A stretch of DNA of 64,000 bases from an uncultured archaeon. GTDB lineage: Archaea > Asgardarchaeota > Thorarchaeia > Thorarchaeales > Thorarchaeaceae. The notes under the pieces were generated by a model that ran no database searches, was not told where the DNA came from, and saw only the letters and a program-made list of their open reading frames with translations. The position numbers and the translations under genes were made by a program. Shown piece by piece: positions 9,695 to 20,005 of the stretch. Position 1 is the stretch's first letter, and every line of letters begins with the position of its first letter. The DNA lies in NCBI GenBank assembly GCA_964558645.1, contig CAZLEV010000005.1, positions 96,001 to 160,000 of the forward strand. Direction: 5' to 3'.

Positions 9695-10507
9695 TCAAGG
9701 CGTGACTCGCGTCATCCGAGTACTTCTACGTTCTAGGGCAGCTGCGAGTTGACCAGGTTGCATCATCGAGAGAAGAGATATCTCCAGACCTCTATCCAGC
9801 CGGCCTGCTAATGGTAGTAGCGAACGCAATTTTCCCTGCATCGCACCACTTGCGTCCCGTCCGGCCCGTGCATCGATCTGTTGGAGAACTGCATCAATCT
9901 CTTTCAGACTGATCTCGGATATAAGAGAAGCCGCATCGTCCTTCGTGGGATCCCCATCATAGACTCCATCTACGTCCATGGCAAAGAGGAGACGCTGTGC
10001 ATCCAGTTCCTTTGCAAGAATGACTGCCAGTTGGTCCCCGCTTCCCACACTGAATCCCATCGCTCTATCGAAGATCATGTCCCCACCGAGCAGAATCGTC
10101 ATCCCGAGCTCAAGATAACCTCTCAGTGATTCAAGGAAATACTCCTCCATCCGCATCTTGTTTGAGACTACCATTGACGACGGATGGAAGAGGTTGACGG
10201 GTATCTCTGCTACCTGAAACGCCCCGACTATGTCCATTCTGAGTTCATTCACTGTTGTCTGGGTCTTCGAGATCGGGAGCAACTGTTCAGGTGACTCGAA
10301 GCCCTTGTGAAGTCGATGCTCGATGACTGGCGGATGCCCAAAGGACCCAACACCGTGGACGACGATGAGGGACTCGAGTAGACCCGCATCAAGACAGTGA
10401 CGAATCTCCTGGACTACCGCCTTCAGAGTATCTTCTCGCAGTGTGTACGGCTTGGACTTGTCTGTCAGGAGAGAGCCACCCAGTTTCAGGACAGTAAGGT
10501 CCTTCAT
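9695..10507 (-). CDS. ipk: Isopentenyl phosphate kinase (amino-acid kinase family)
   Basis: LKLGGSLLTDK, VHGVGSFGH (IPK His), GSGD, DVDGVY and DASGAMQGKL. Confidence 0.85.
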   Translation of the reverse strand: MKDLTVLKLGGSLLTDKSKPYTLREDTLKAVVQEIRHCLDAGLLESLIVVHGVGSFGHPPVIEHRLHKGFESPEQLLPISKTQTTVNELRMDIVGAFQVAEIPVNLFHPSSMVVSNKMRMEEYFLESLRGYLELGMTILLGGDMIFDRAMGFSVGSGDQLAVILAKELDAQRLLFAMDVDGVYDGDPTKDDAASLISEISLKEIDAVLQQIDARAGRDASGAMQGKLRSLLPLAGRLDRGLEISLLSMMQPGQLAAALERRSTRMTRVTP

Positions 10508-10517
10508 TCTGTGACCC

Positions 10518-11318
10518 TCAGAGAATGGTCAAGAGTGGGAATGGCCACAATGCCGGAGCAAAGAGGAACATCATCGCCAGAACCACTGCTATTCCGAGAG
10601 AGACCGTCCAGTTATCAAGATTCGGCGGAGTGATAGCCTCAAGTATCATGGCAATGACACTCAACAGAATCACAGGAAGCAATAGTCCCGCAAGGTCATA
10701 GGAATACTGGATAGAATAGATGGCCATCAGTGTGAAACTGAAGAGGAACGAACCAAGAAACATACCCACCGAGCCGGCCAGAGTCTTCTCCGATCCGCCA
10801 ATGCCGAACTTTCTGTCGCCCCCGTACTTGCGGCCAATGATATCAGCAAGCCCATCACCACCTGCAAGACAGCCAAAGATGACAAGCGCATTTAGATTGC
10901 CGCTTGGTTCAGTGAACCAGAGTATTGTCGTGATCACTATGATGATGGCATAGTACAGTGTCCCCTTCAGAAGCTCAGCGGGGTCCCCCGAGCGCGACAT
11001 CGAAGCGACAAATGCCTCATTCTCGACCTTGCCGGTCCCTATACCTACAAAGAGTAGGACGAATAAGATGGGAACGACGGCAGCCAGATAGCGGCTGAAG
11101 AAAGTTCCCGAGTACAAGAGCCATGTCGCCACAAAGACCGGGGCCGCAAAGATGTGCACCAGCTTTCGGGTCACATCCGAAGAAAGCTTACCGCTCTTCT
11201 GGATTGCACCATTGATCTGCACCACCATCATCACTGCAATGATGGAGATGAACATCGCTATGAGGTCCCAGACAATCGCCAGACCTTCACCTAACGGATT
11301 GAACACCATACTTCTCAT
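10518..11318 (-). CDS. CTP-dependent prenol/phytol/dolichol kinase-family membrane protein
   Basis: RKLVHI, GTLYY, GGDGLADIIGRKYG, KTLAGS and DNW motifs; multiple TM helices. Confidence 0.85.
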   Translation of the reverse strand: MRSMVFNPLGEGLAIVWDLIAMFISIIAVMMVVQINGAIQKSGKLSSDVTRKLVHIFAAPVFVATWLLYSGTFFSRYLAAVVPILFVLLFVGIGTGKVENEAFVASMSRSGDPAELLKGTLYYAIIIVITTILWFTEPSGNLNALVIFGCLAGGDGLADIIGRKYGGDRKFGIGGSEKTLAGSVGMFLGSFLFSFTLMAIYSIQYSYDLAGLLLPVILLSVIAMILEAITPPNLDNWTVSLGIAVVLAMMFLFAPALWPFPLLTIL

Positions 11319-11462
11319 CTCCAGAGGAAATCTTCTGCAGAGTTGTGCCTTGTCCGTGCTATAAGTGTGTTGCAGAAAGCGAATTGTTCTTCGTCAAGAG
11401 TCGAGCTGTGAGCCTATCACCAGATGAACCAGCAGTGGATTGCTCAGAAGCAACTCTTCATG

Positions 11463-11747
11463 TTATGCAATCTTCAGGTGTAGTCGGTTTAGGGTCCGCC
11501 AGTTATCGCGAATGGCAGATATCTCGTGAAGCCTCTCCGGGTTGGCCACATACTTCTGTGATCGCATATCCTGAAAGTCTGGAACCGCCCTGCAAATCTT
11601 GTGCTTGCATAACCGTCGTATTGCAAAGTTGACTGTTCGTCGAGCAAGCTTGGAGGACTCGGATATCTCGATTGACGACAGCGGCCCCTCCTCAGCAAGC
11701 CTGTCCAGCACAACCAGACAGCTCTTGGACAACAACACTTCTGTCAT
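11463..11747 (-). CDS. Small winged-helix DNA-binding protein
   Basis: VLDRLAEEGPLSSIEISESSKLARRTVNFAIRRL, followed by a PDFQDMR wing; ATG at 11747. Confidence 0.75.
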   Translation of the reverse strand: MTEVLLSKSCLVVLDRLAEEGPLSSIEISESSKLARRTVNFAIRRLCKHKICRAVPDFQDMRSQKYVANPERLHEISAIRDNWRTLNRLHLKIA

Positions 11748-11799
11748 GATTATCACAACCGCATCTGTAATCTGTGGGAGCCAATCTGACAACAAATAC

Positions 11800-11876
11800 A
11801 GCAATATTTTTGCTTCCTGTTGCCAGTTTATGACTCCTGATAGCAAGTATGGCAACATTTATTTTAAATTTTGCCA
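11800..11876. promoter_or_regulatory. AT-rich divergent promoter with GCAA/TTGC inverted repeats
   Basis: AGCAA-N5-TTGCT (11800-11814), TGTTGCCA/TGGCAACA (11818-11825/11850-11857) and TGGCAA..TTGCCA (11850-11876) around TTTATTTTAAAT, between two divergent HTH genes. Confidence 0.5.
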
Positions 11877-11961
11877 CCCTAGCAAGAGAGTGACAGGCAT
11901 AGAAACATCCTTCATAGCCATTCGCATCGTAACGCTCTTTGAACATCAAGGAAGTGCTCAT

Positions 11962-13056
11962 CTGAAGAGACCGAAGATAGACGAAGAAGACCTGAAGATT
12001 CTCGAGTTATTGGACCGACTGGGTGCGAAGGCCTCTGCGCGAGAGATCAGTCAGCACCTTGACAAGGCTCCAAGAACTGTGAGATATCGTCTGAACCGAC
12101 TGAAGGAAAAGGGGTATCTGATAGGGATGCGCCTCCAAGCCCACGAGCGAAGGCTAGGCCTCGGAGAGAACATTCTCTTTCTGGAGGAAAAGAAGGGCAA
12201 AGCGAAGGAGCTTCGGGCTCTCATCGAGAAGATACCCTGTTTCTATTGGTACTCTCCCACGTTCGGTCGCTATAACGGATACATGGTTCACTCTATGTAC
12301 CCACTCACGACGCCAAACATGAATCGCGACCTAGCACAGGAGATGGAGAGAGGGGGACTAGTCGAGCGCTTTGACGTCTTCGACATTGTTGACTATCACC
12401 TGAAGAGAGCAGACCTCAGATACTATGATCAAGAGGAGGGTTGGCAGTGGGACTGGAATAGATGGTATCACCAGCTCCACGAGGATATCTCTGCACAGAG
12501 AGAGAACCCTTTGCCGATGAATCTCGGGCCGCCGCTCAGCGATTTCGATCACATTGATGTGCAGATTCTGAAGACTCTCACAGCAGAACCGGAGATGACG
12601 CTCCGAGACCTCAGCGGAACAGTAGACCTCTCTGAGTCGCAGGTCAACAAGAGAGTCAAACGTCTCGAACGGGAAGGTATCATCAAGGAGTACAGGCCAA
12701 TCATAGACCTTTTCGAAGATATCATGCATGTCACGTTGATCATCGAGATGCACAATGATGCAGGTTCACTCATTCACGCACTGAACCGACTCCCATTTAG
12801 AAGTGGATTTGCAGTGGACCCACCGGACCGCTGGTCAGTGAAGATTGAGCTCTCGGCGGAGGACACGTTACATCTTCTTGAAGGCCTGGATGGAATCAGA
12901 GACCTGATTGATGACTATATGTTCCAGATTGAGATACCTGTGAAGAAGACAGAGCACGAGAACTTCTGTGACAGGTTCAATCCTGACACGAAGACATGGG
13001 ATCTGCCCGTGATGGAATATGTGTCCATTATTCGTGAATACGCAGCGAGTCATTGA
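11962..13056 (+). CDS. Lrp/AsnC-type regulator with two winged-HTH domains
   Basis: IDEEDLKILELL..SAREISQHL..RTVRYRLNRL and DHIDVQILKTL..TLRDLSGTV..SQVNKRVKRLE. The probable start is near the CTG at 11962. Confidence 0.85.
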   Translation: MKRPKIDEEDLKILELLDRLGAKASAREISQHLDKAPRTVRYRLNRLKEKGYLIGMRLQAHERRLGLGENILFLEEKKGKAKELRALIEKIPCFYWYSPTFGRYNGYMVHSMYPLTTPNMNRDLAQEMERGGLVERFDVFDIVDYHLKRADLRYYDQEEGWQWDWNRWYHQLHEDISAQRENPLPMNLGPPLSDFDHIDVQILKTLTAEPEMTLRDLSGTVDLSESQVNKRVKRLEREGIIKEYRPIIDLFEDIMHVTLIIEMHNDAGSLIHALNRLPFRSGFAVDPPDRWSVKIELSAEDTLHLLEGLDGIRDLIDDYMFQIEIPVKKTEHENFCDRFNPDTKTWDLPVMEYVSIIREYAASH

Positions 13057-13133
13057 TGCGCACAGCGGAGTACCAGAAGCCAGTTCCCAGCGAGAGTGGT
13101 GATTTGTACTTACATGCTGCACCTGGCAGAGAT

Positions 13134-14339
13134 TCAAAACAGCATCTTCAGCCCCGTTAGTGTATGTCGCGTTACCACGCGTTTCATGATGGCCATTCTT
13201 AGGTTGGAGTAAGGTCTGAGTCCACCTATGAGGTCAGTCATGTGCTCTCTGATGACCTCATCCTCTGCGGCCATCTGTACAATGCGCTCCATGTTATCCT
13301 GGGAGTTGAAGAGGAGGTTGGCAAGGAAGTTCGCAGCCCCGAGTTGCTTGCCAATATCTTTCTTCCAGCGGCGTTCGTATTCACGGGTCCCGTCTGCACG
13401 GCCTGTCGATATGTCCTTGACAGTGTCTGCGGCAATCTGGCCAGTCTCGATGGCGTAACATATCCCCTCACCTGTGGCGGGGGACACGAAACCAGCAGCA
13501 TCGCCAACCAGCATGATTCTCTTTGTCACCGTATTCCCGATTGGGCCCTTAAGAGGAACACGCATGGCGGTCTCCTCGCTTAGGTTCAGTCTGATATCAT
13601 ATCGCTCCTCAAACTCGTGGGTGAATACAGACCAGGCATGTCTCAGATCACCCGCAAAGGGCATCAAGCACCCCATTCCAAGCGATGCCTCACCCTTCTT
13701 TGGGAAACACCACGCATAGCCGTGCTCAAGGCCACCGAAGTAGATTTGGATGCATATCCGGTCAGACTCATAGGGGCCATGGGTGATTCGGAGGATATCA
13801 TCATCATCCATCGGGACACGAGCCTCGATGCACAGGCCGATCTCATCATCCTTCCAGCGTTTCTTGATTCCCGAAACACGAGCAACCCGACTGTTCACCC
13901 CATCGGCACCCACGAGATATGATGCTCGGTAGGTCTTCCCGTCATCACCGAAGACAGCCACATCGCTGCTACTCTCCGATACTTCGATGACCTTGACACC
14001 TGTGACCACTTCCGCTCCGGCCTCAACAGCCTTCTCCAACAGGTAGTTGTCAAAGACTCTGCGTTTCACGGTATAGCCCGTGACCTGATCTTTCGCACAG
14101 ATGACCTTTCTCCGGGATGGGGAGAATACATGCGATCCACAGGCAATCCGATCGATTGCGGGTGCGATATCGAAGTCTAAAAGGTCAGGAAGACCAGCAC
14201 GGAATCCACCACCACAGGCCTTCCTCCGGGGGTGGGTAACCTTGTCCAACAGGAGAACGTCCAGTCCATGCTGAGCGGCGCGCCTGGCGCAGGATGAACC
14301 AGCAGGGCCGCCGCCAGCAATTACGACATCGTATGTCAA
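13134..14339 (-). CDS. Geranylgeranyl reductase-family FAD oxidoreductase
   Basis: YDVVIAGGGPAG, RKACGGG, GADG, YAWCFPK and LVGDAAGFVSPATGEGI; TTG at 14339 preferred as start. Confidence 0.9.
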   Translation of the reverse strand: MTYDVVIAGGGPAGSSCARRAAQHGLDVLLLDKVTHPRRKACGGGFRAGLPDLLDFDIAPAIDRIACGSHVFSPSRRKVICAKDQVTGYTVKRRVFDNYLLEKAVEAGAEVVTGVKVIEVSESSSDVAVFGDDGKTYRASYLVGADGVNSRVARVSGIKKRWKDDEIGLCIEARVPMDDDDILRITHGPYESDRICIQIYFGGLEHGYAWCFPKKGEASLGMGCLMPFAGDLRHAWSVFTHEFEERYDIRLNLSEETAMRVPLKGPIGNTVTKRIMLVGDAAGFVSPATGEGICYAIETGQIAADTVKDISTGRADGTREYERRWKKDIGKQLGAANFLANLLFNSQDNMERIVQMAAEDEVIREHMTDLIGGLRPYSNLRMAIMKRVVTRHTLTGLKMLF

Positions 14340-14446
14340 TGTATGTCGCTTCCTCTTCGGCTCGTATGCTACCGACCGACTATTATCTGTTTTCAACAAA
14401 AGCCTAAGCGGTATACGACACCTGCCGAAGTATAGATGAGGAATCC

Positions 14447-16831
14447 TCAGCCACGACGCGAGCGAACCACAGGAATACCAAACACAATGATCACCACAAG
14501 GGAACCCAGAGTTACCAGTAGACTACCAACCGAGAGGAGGAAGCCAGGCGGGATCAGGCCGCCACTTCTCTCCCATACAGTCACAAGAACAGTATCGGAC
14601 ACCTCATGGCCGCCCACATCAGTGACGACAAGCGTGAAATTATAGATGCCGCGGGTGAGTCCATCGATACCTACTCGAATGATGCTCCCGTTCCATCTAC
14701 CAGAATCCAACTCTGTACCATTTCGAAGAATCCAGTAGCGCGCTGGATACTCGTCTGTGGCATTCCATCCAATCTCGACGCCTGTTTCATTCTCCCTGAC
14801 TGAAATATCAGGGTGATCAAGTATGGTGGGAGGAATCGTATCATTCACAACCCTGACTGTGGTCGTGCCTTCTGCAGCTAGGCCCCCGATGTCCTCCACA
14901 ACCAGACGGTATTCGTGAACACCCAAGCCCAACCCATCCACGCTGCATTCAATGGCGCCGCCGCCCCATGCTTCTCGCTCCATGACAAGCCCGTTACAGT
15001 AGACCGTGTAGCGAACTGGATGCTCATCGAATGCGGACCATGACAGACGGTGACCGGTCGTTCCAACCTGGTATATCAGATCTTCAGGAGATGAGAAAAT
15101 CTCCGGGTACGCACCATCGTAGTGATTCGCACCAAAGTAGCTGGGGTTGCGAGTCAGCTCTGTGAATTCACCTGCAATATAACGTGACACATTGAATGGA
15201 CCAGAGGTCACCATCGGCTCATCGGGAGGTTGAGGGTTCCATAGGTTCCATTGATCAGGGGGCATGTCCTCGAACACATGCATCGGAATCACAGGTTTGT
15301 ATCCCACAACGTGTAGATGCCAGAAAGACTCAGTGTTGAACTCGATAACAAACCTGTACGTTGACAGGGTATACACCGCCGCCATCTCTTGCAGGTCAGT
15401 CCCGTACGGGTTTCCATACCCCTCACGGTAGAAATTGAGCGAAAATACCACATCAGATGCCGTGAGAGGCACTCCATCTGTCCAGGTGGCGTTCTGGACC
15501 ATGTTGAATGTGAACCGTGTATGACCAACAGGAACCGCCGGATTGTCCTCATTGGTCTGAGCAGTATAGCTCTCTACAAGCCAGAGAACGTCTCGCCCGA
15601 CCGGCCCTCTTCTTATCAGGCTGTCATATAACTCGTTGAGCATGCCCATGGTGTATGACCAGCTTGCCACCATGAAGTTGAAGGTCTCAACATCGAGTGG
15701 ATTGCTCAGGCGGAAGGTGCCGCCAAAGGGGCCACCCTCAGCCTCTCTGAGATGAACCCTGTAGTTGGTCCACCACCCGTGCACGCCCTCACTCACATCA
15801 TTGACATGGCCCTCGAATCGGTCGGTTCGGTAGGCAGAGAACACGACACTCTCATAGCAGACAATCACGGGACTCGAATGGACCCATATCTCCTGCATGG
15901 CGAACGCTGCATCATAGACCTCCTCGTAAGAGGTTGAGTGAAGCAGCTGGTCCCTCCAGCCATCATAGGTCGCATTCTGCCAGCAGGGGAAGTTATAGTA
16001 ATCCTCATCAGCGTTCTCAGACCAGTAGTCGTAGGCCAGCCAGTCAACGTCGAAATCTGTGAAACTGGCACCAAGAAAGACCATGTCGTAGTCTCCGTGA
16101 TAATGGAGTCGCTGGAGGATGTCGTAGAAGTCTGTTGGTACACAGGTCGCATCGATATGTAAGTCCTGAAGGGCCTCCGCTACGATATTCCCTACACCGA
16201 TTCCAGTACTCGAAGTCTGGGCCACTTCGATGATAACGTCAAACGCGTCACCATTTGGTGCGTCCCGAAAACCATCATTGTCCCAGTCGTGGAACCCAGC
16301 CCGATCGAGTAGTTGATTGCCAAGTTCGATGTTTCCGTCATAGTAGGTATAGGGCAGGTGACCCTCGACACTAAAGGGGTTGATCTTCGGAACGCACGAG
16401 TCCAGTGGGTCAGCCATTCCTAACCATATCTCTTCGCAGATTCTGTGCTTGTCAGTGGCAAAAGAGACAGCCCTTCGGAAGGCAGTGATATTGAAAGGAT
16501 ACTTGTCGCATTTGATGGTGATGTAACCATATCCGTTCCGAGGCGTGCGTGCAACTCGAATATTCTCGGCAGCCTCCAGAGTGGGCAGGAAGAATGGGTC
16601 AACCATGTCCCCAACGATGTCTATCTCATCATCTTGGAGTGCGAGCACCTGCTGTTCACCACCCTCAATCACTTTGTAAAGAAGCTTGTCGACATAGGGA
16701 CCGGAAGAGGCTGGGGTCTGAGCCGCCGTCGAGGGTGCAAGTATGAATCCAGTTGCGAGTATTCCAATAACCGCAACAAAGGCGAGATGAGTCGCGTGCC
16801 GCATTGCTTTCACGATTGCCTGACCTTTCAT
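14447..16831 (-). CDS. ABC transporter substrate-binding protein (family 5) with C-terminal Ig-like repeats and TM anchor
   Basis: Signal peptide, FRRAVSFA, ATWTDGVPLTASDVVFS, SGPF, two Ig-like repeats and a C-terminal TM. Confidence 0.88.
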   Translation of the reverse strand: MKGQAIVKAMRHATHLAFVAVIGILATGFILAPSTAAQTPASSGPYVDKLLYKVIEGGEQQVLALQDDEIDIVGDMVDPFFLPTLEAAENIRVARTPRNGYGYITIKCDKYPFNITAFRRAVSFATDKHRICEEIWLGMADPLDSCVPKINPFSVEGHLPYTYYDGNIELGNQLLDRAGFHDWDNDGFRDAPNGDAFDVIIEVAQTSSTGIGVGNIVAEALQDLHIDATCVPTDFYDILQRLHYHGDYDMVFLGASFTDFDVDWLAYDYWSENADEDYYNFPCWQNATYDGWRDQLLHSTSYEEVYDAAFAMQEIWVHSSPVIVCYESVVFSAYRTDRFEGHVNDVSEGVHGWWTNYRVHLREAEGGPFGGTFRLSNPLDVETFNFMVASWSYTMGMLNELYDSLIRRGPVGRDVLWLVESYTAQTNEDNPAVPVGHTRFTFNMVQNATWTDGVPLTASDVVFSLNFYREGYGNPYGTDLQEMAAVYTLSTYRFVIEFNTESFWHLHVVGYKPVIPMHVFEDMPPDQWNLWNPQPPDEPMVTSGPFNVSRYIAGEFTELTRNPSYFGANHYDGAYPEIFSSPEDLIYQVGTTGHRLSWSAFDEHPVRYTVYCNGLVMEREAWGGGAIECSVDGLGLGVHEYRLVVEDIGGLAAEGTTTVRVVNDTIPPTILDHPDISVRENETGVEIGWNATDEYPARYWILRNGTELDSGRWNGSIIRVGIDGLTRGIYNFTLVVTDVGGHEVSDTVLVTVWERSGGLIPPGFLLSVGSLLVTLGSLVVIIVFGIPVVRSRRG

Positions 16832-17031
16832 ATATTTGCCAACATTCTAGAAAAAGCCTTCCGTACTGAGGATTGCATCTCGATGGAGAAAGCTTGTGGA
16901 GATACTGGTCTGTCTTCTCTGTCCTGACTCGCGGACAACTACTAATGTCAGCACGGCAGCAGATGCCGACAGAAACCATAAGTGTGTGAAAGACCATTAG
17001 AAAGATTAGAGAAGTAGGTTGGTTAGTCCAA

Positions 17032-19878
17032 GTGAGATACCGCGTCCACGTCCTGATTATCGTCTGTATGCTCGCCAGTGTGATGTTTATCGCAACTGAC
17101 GTGCAGCGGACATCTGAGAAGAGAGTCCTTGAGGAAGAGAACGAGACAGCCCTCGATGCTGAGTCTACAGTATCGATCCGCTTTCGGAAGGAGCTATCCC
17201 AGCAGGAGATGCTGTCCTTTGAGAGGATGGGAATCCGATTTGGACCCGAGCCCAAGCATATCGGAGGGGTGTATGTGGTAGAGGCATCCCAACGCGCCAT
17301 AGAGCTGGCTCGGAGTCATGCACTCTTCGAGAACGCAGAACCTCTGACACGGCAAAAGCTGGTCCTTCCCAGAGATGTGTCAGCCCAGCAGACCTATGCA
17401 GACTTGGCATGGAACCTTCAGGACCACTATGGCGTGAACACGACTGGAGAGGGAATCCTCATCGCAGACCTCGACACCGGTATCCAGTGGACCCATCCTG
17501 ACTTCTATTTTGCTGATGGCACGCCAGTCTCCTGGACAGATGTCAACACGAACGGCGTCTTCACGCCAGCAGTTGACGGTGTTGAATACAATGGCGTCGG
17601 CGGTATTCAGTCGGACGAGCTACTTCGGATGATTGACGTGAACAATGACGGCTCCTTCCAGACAGACATCGACTGGCTCTGGATAGACAACGGTACAGTC
17701 CCTGGAGTGCTGGATAAGAGTGACACCAAGTTCGTTGCTGAGGATACAGATGGGGACACCGTACTCGATCTCACCGAGCAATTGGTACCGATGTTGACCC
17801 CGAAGACGAAGTATCTCGTTCACAAGCCCTCCGCTATTCAGTGCTGGGAGCGAGGCGTGAACCTCACATCAACCACCTTCAAGGACACAGATGGCCACGG
17901 TACCAGCGTAGCGGGGATTCTGAACGGTGGACAGCTTGGCTATCACAAGTACTTGGGTCTCGCACCAATGGCAGAACTCATGGCCATCAACATCTTCGGA
18001 TCAGACGGACTAACGGTGGAAGAAGGGCTGATCTGGGCCAAGGACCACGGGGCCGATGTCATTCTCATCGAGATCGGAGCCTGGAGCTACGAGTACCTCG
18101 ATGGGACGAGCAATGTAGAGGTCATGATTGACCAGCTGGTTGCTGACGGCATCCCGGTCATCGTGCCTGCCGGAAACCTGTACGGGCAGAAACGACACGC
18201 AGAGCTGCATGTTCAGCAGAACACCAACGCGATTGCGCATTTCGTCGCTCCAAGCTCGGCAGGGACTATCACGAAGCTGTACATCACAGTACTCGCAAAC
18301 GTCTCCCTGAGCAATGCAATTGTGGATCTCTTTGAACCGACGGCGACTGGCAGCAACCACATACCCCTGACAACCATCGGAAGTGGATACAAGAACTGGG
18401 CCACATTGGTGACAGCCAATTTCACTCTAGACTCCTTCAGGTCGGCCTCTGCACGGGGTACGCACATGTTGGCGTTCCACCTCTCCGGCACCATCATGCA
18501 TGACAAGGCGTGGCTCCTCAACATCAATAATAATCTCGCAACCAACTATCAGTTCTATATAGCCGACGACCAGACAGGATGGGGAGGGGGAGCCGAATGG
18601 CAGAATGGCTTGTCTGATGCTCACACCATCTCATGGCCATCTACGGCGGACTCTGCCATCAGTGTCGGGGCTTATAGCTCACGGGGATTCTCTGGAACCA
18701 GCCTAGGAGATATTGCGCCCTATTCATCCGAGGGGCCTCGGGTGGACGGATCGGTGAAGATGTCCGTTGCTGCCCCGGGAAACTGGGATGTCGTTTCGTC
18801 ATACTCGAATGACTCGACCTGGCCCAGCTGGGTGACACAGGGCTACAACGGTCTACCCGTATACTCGGTACATGGAGGAAACCTACTGTTCTCAGGCACT
18901 TCCGCCGCAGGGCCCCATGTGGCAGCGGCCGCGGCACTCATGCTTCAGGTGAACGGCAGATGCGGGAGTCTGGTCAAGCAGATAGTCGAGGCAACAGCAT
19001 ATAACGACACAAACGTGGGCTCCGTACCCAACTCGAGGTGGGGTTATGGTAAGCTCAACGTCTGCGCTGCGGTCGAGGAGGCGCAAAACCTCCCGGTCAT
19101 CAAGAGCGTGAGTATGCTCCCAGAAGGTCCGATGTATTATGAGACTGCGAATGTCTCTGCTAGGGTGGTCTACGCTGACTCTGTAGACATCGTGTATTCA
19201 AACGACTCTTGGTCCAGCAACGCCACCGTGACGACCACACATGCTGGAGAGTGGTATAATGGGAGTATCTCGATGCATCCCTACCTTACACAGGTGGACT
19301 GGAAGATTATCGCGACGAACTCCTCGGGCATCGCACCCCTGATCGTGTCAGGACAGTACATGGTGGGGGACAACCTGCCACCAGTGGTCCACAGCATACA
19401 GAGGAACGCAACGACTGTCTATAGTGGAGATGTGGTCGAGGTGACAGTCAATATCACGGAACCCGGGTCTGCAAGCGGCATCGCGTCGGTGCTTCTGGAG
19501 TACTCAACCAACAACTGGACCACCTACACGCAGCTTACTATGAGTCTGGACTCAGGATTCTACGTCGTCATTCTGCCGTCGTTTGCGGCCGGTAGCAATG
19601 TCAGTTATCGTGTCTGGTCAATGGACTCAGCAGGTAACAGCATGTACTCATCGTCCGACTGGTATGTGGTGCAGTCCTCAACAACAACCACAACAACAAC
19701 CACGACGACCACTACCACAACAACCACAACAACTGCCACCACGAGTACGACTACAACAACCACAAGCACCACAACGCCACCAGCCACGCTTCCAGACAGT
19801 TCGTTGTATCTCGCCGTTGGCTTTGCCGTTGCCATGGTGATTGCAGTCATCCTTGCAGTGAGGAAACGCCGGCGATGA
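17032..19878 (+). CDS. Surface-anchored S8 (subtilisin-family) serine protease
   Basis: Catalytic triad IADLDTG / DGHGTSVAG / FSGTSAAGPHVA, oxyanion AGN, Thr-rich linker, TM helix and RKRRR tail. Confidence 0.93.
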   Translation: MRYRVHVLIIVCMLASVMFIATDVQRTSEKRVLEEENETALDAESTVSIRFRKELSQQEMLSFERMGIRFGPEPKHIGGVYVVEASQRAIELARSHALFENAEPLTRQKLVLPRDVSAQQTYADLAWNLQDHYGVNTTGEGILIADLDTGIQWTHPDFYFADGTPVSWTDVNTNGVFTPAVDGVEYNGVGGIQSDELLRMIDVNNDGSFQTDIDWLWIDNGTVPGVLDKSDTKFVAEDTDGDTVLDLTEQLVPMLTPKTKYLVHKPSAIQCWERGVNLTSTTFKDTDGHGTSVAGILNGGQLGYHKYLGLAPMAELMAINIFGSDGLTVEEGLIWAKDHGADVILIEIGAWSYEYLDGTSNVEVMIDQLVADGIPVIVPAGNLYGQKRHAELHVQQNTNAIAHFVAPSSAGTITKLYITVLANVSLSNAIVDLFEPTATGSNHIPLTTIGSGYKNWATLVTANFTLDSFRSASARGTHMLAFHLSGTIMHDKAWLLNINNNLATNYQFYIADDQTGWGGGAEWQNGLSDAHTISWPSTADSAISVGAYSSRGFSGTSLGDIAPYSSEGPRVDGSVKMSVAAPGNWDVVSSYSNDSTWPSWVTQGYNGLPVYSVHGGNLLFSGTSAAGPHVAAAAALMLQVNGRCGSLVKQIVEATAYNDTNVGSVPNSRWGYGKLNVCAAVEEAQNLPVIKSVSMLPEGPMYYETANVSARVVYADSVDIVYSNDSWSSNATVTTTHAGEWYNGSISMHPYLTQVDWKIIATNSSGIAPLIVSGQYMVGDNLPPVVHSIQRNATTVYSGDVVEVTVNITEPGSASGIASVLLEYSTNNWTTYTQLTMSLDSGFYVVILPSFAAGSNVSYRVWSMDSAGNSMYSSSDWYVVQSSTTTTTTTTTTTTTTTTTTATTSTTTTTTSTTTPPATLPDSSLYLAVGFAVAMVIAVILAVRKRRR
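19681..19780 (+). repeat. ACN-codon low-complexity tract (Thr-rich linker)
   Basis: acaacaaccacaacaacaaccacgacgacc... encodes the poly-Thr stalk of the protease. Confidence 0.85.
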
Positions 19879-20005
19879 CCATCTGACAGGAACAGGGGCA
19901 TACCAAGGAGAATCTGCAAGAGGCTAGCGACGCATATGACCGGGCCCGTGACCTGTGTGTCAGCCTGTGATTAGTCACTGTACAATACTGCCTGCGTCAG
20001 ATGGC

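Noticed and set aside
11599-11961. N-terminal 121 aa of the 485-aa ORF
   Set aside because: It overlaps the divergent wHTH gene and the AT-rich promoter, and the HTH homology only starts near 11962.
19605-19919. Poly-Val ORFs (also 43199..43462 and 55973..56683)
   Set aside because: These are antisense shadows of poly-Thr linkers.
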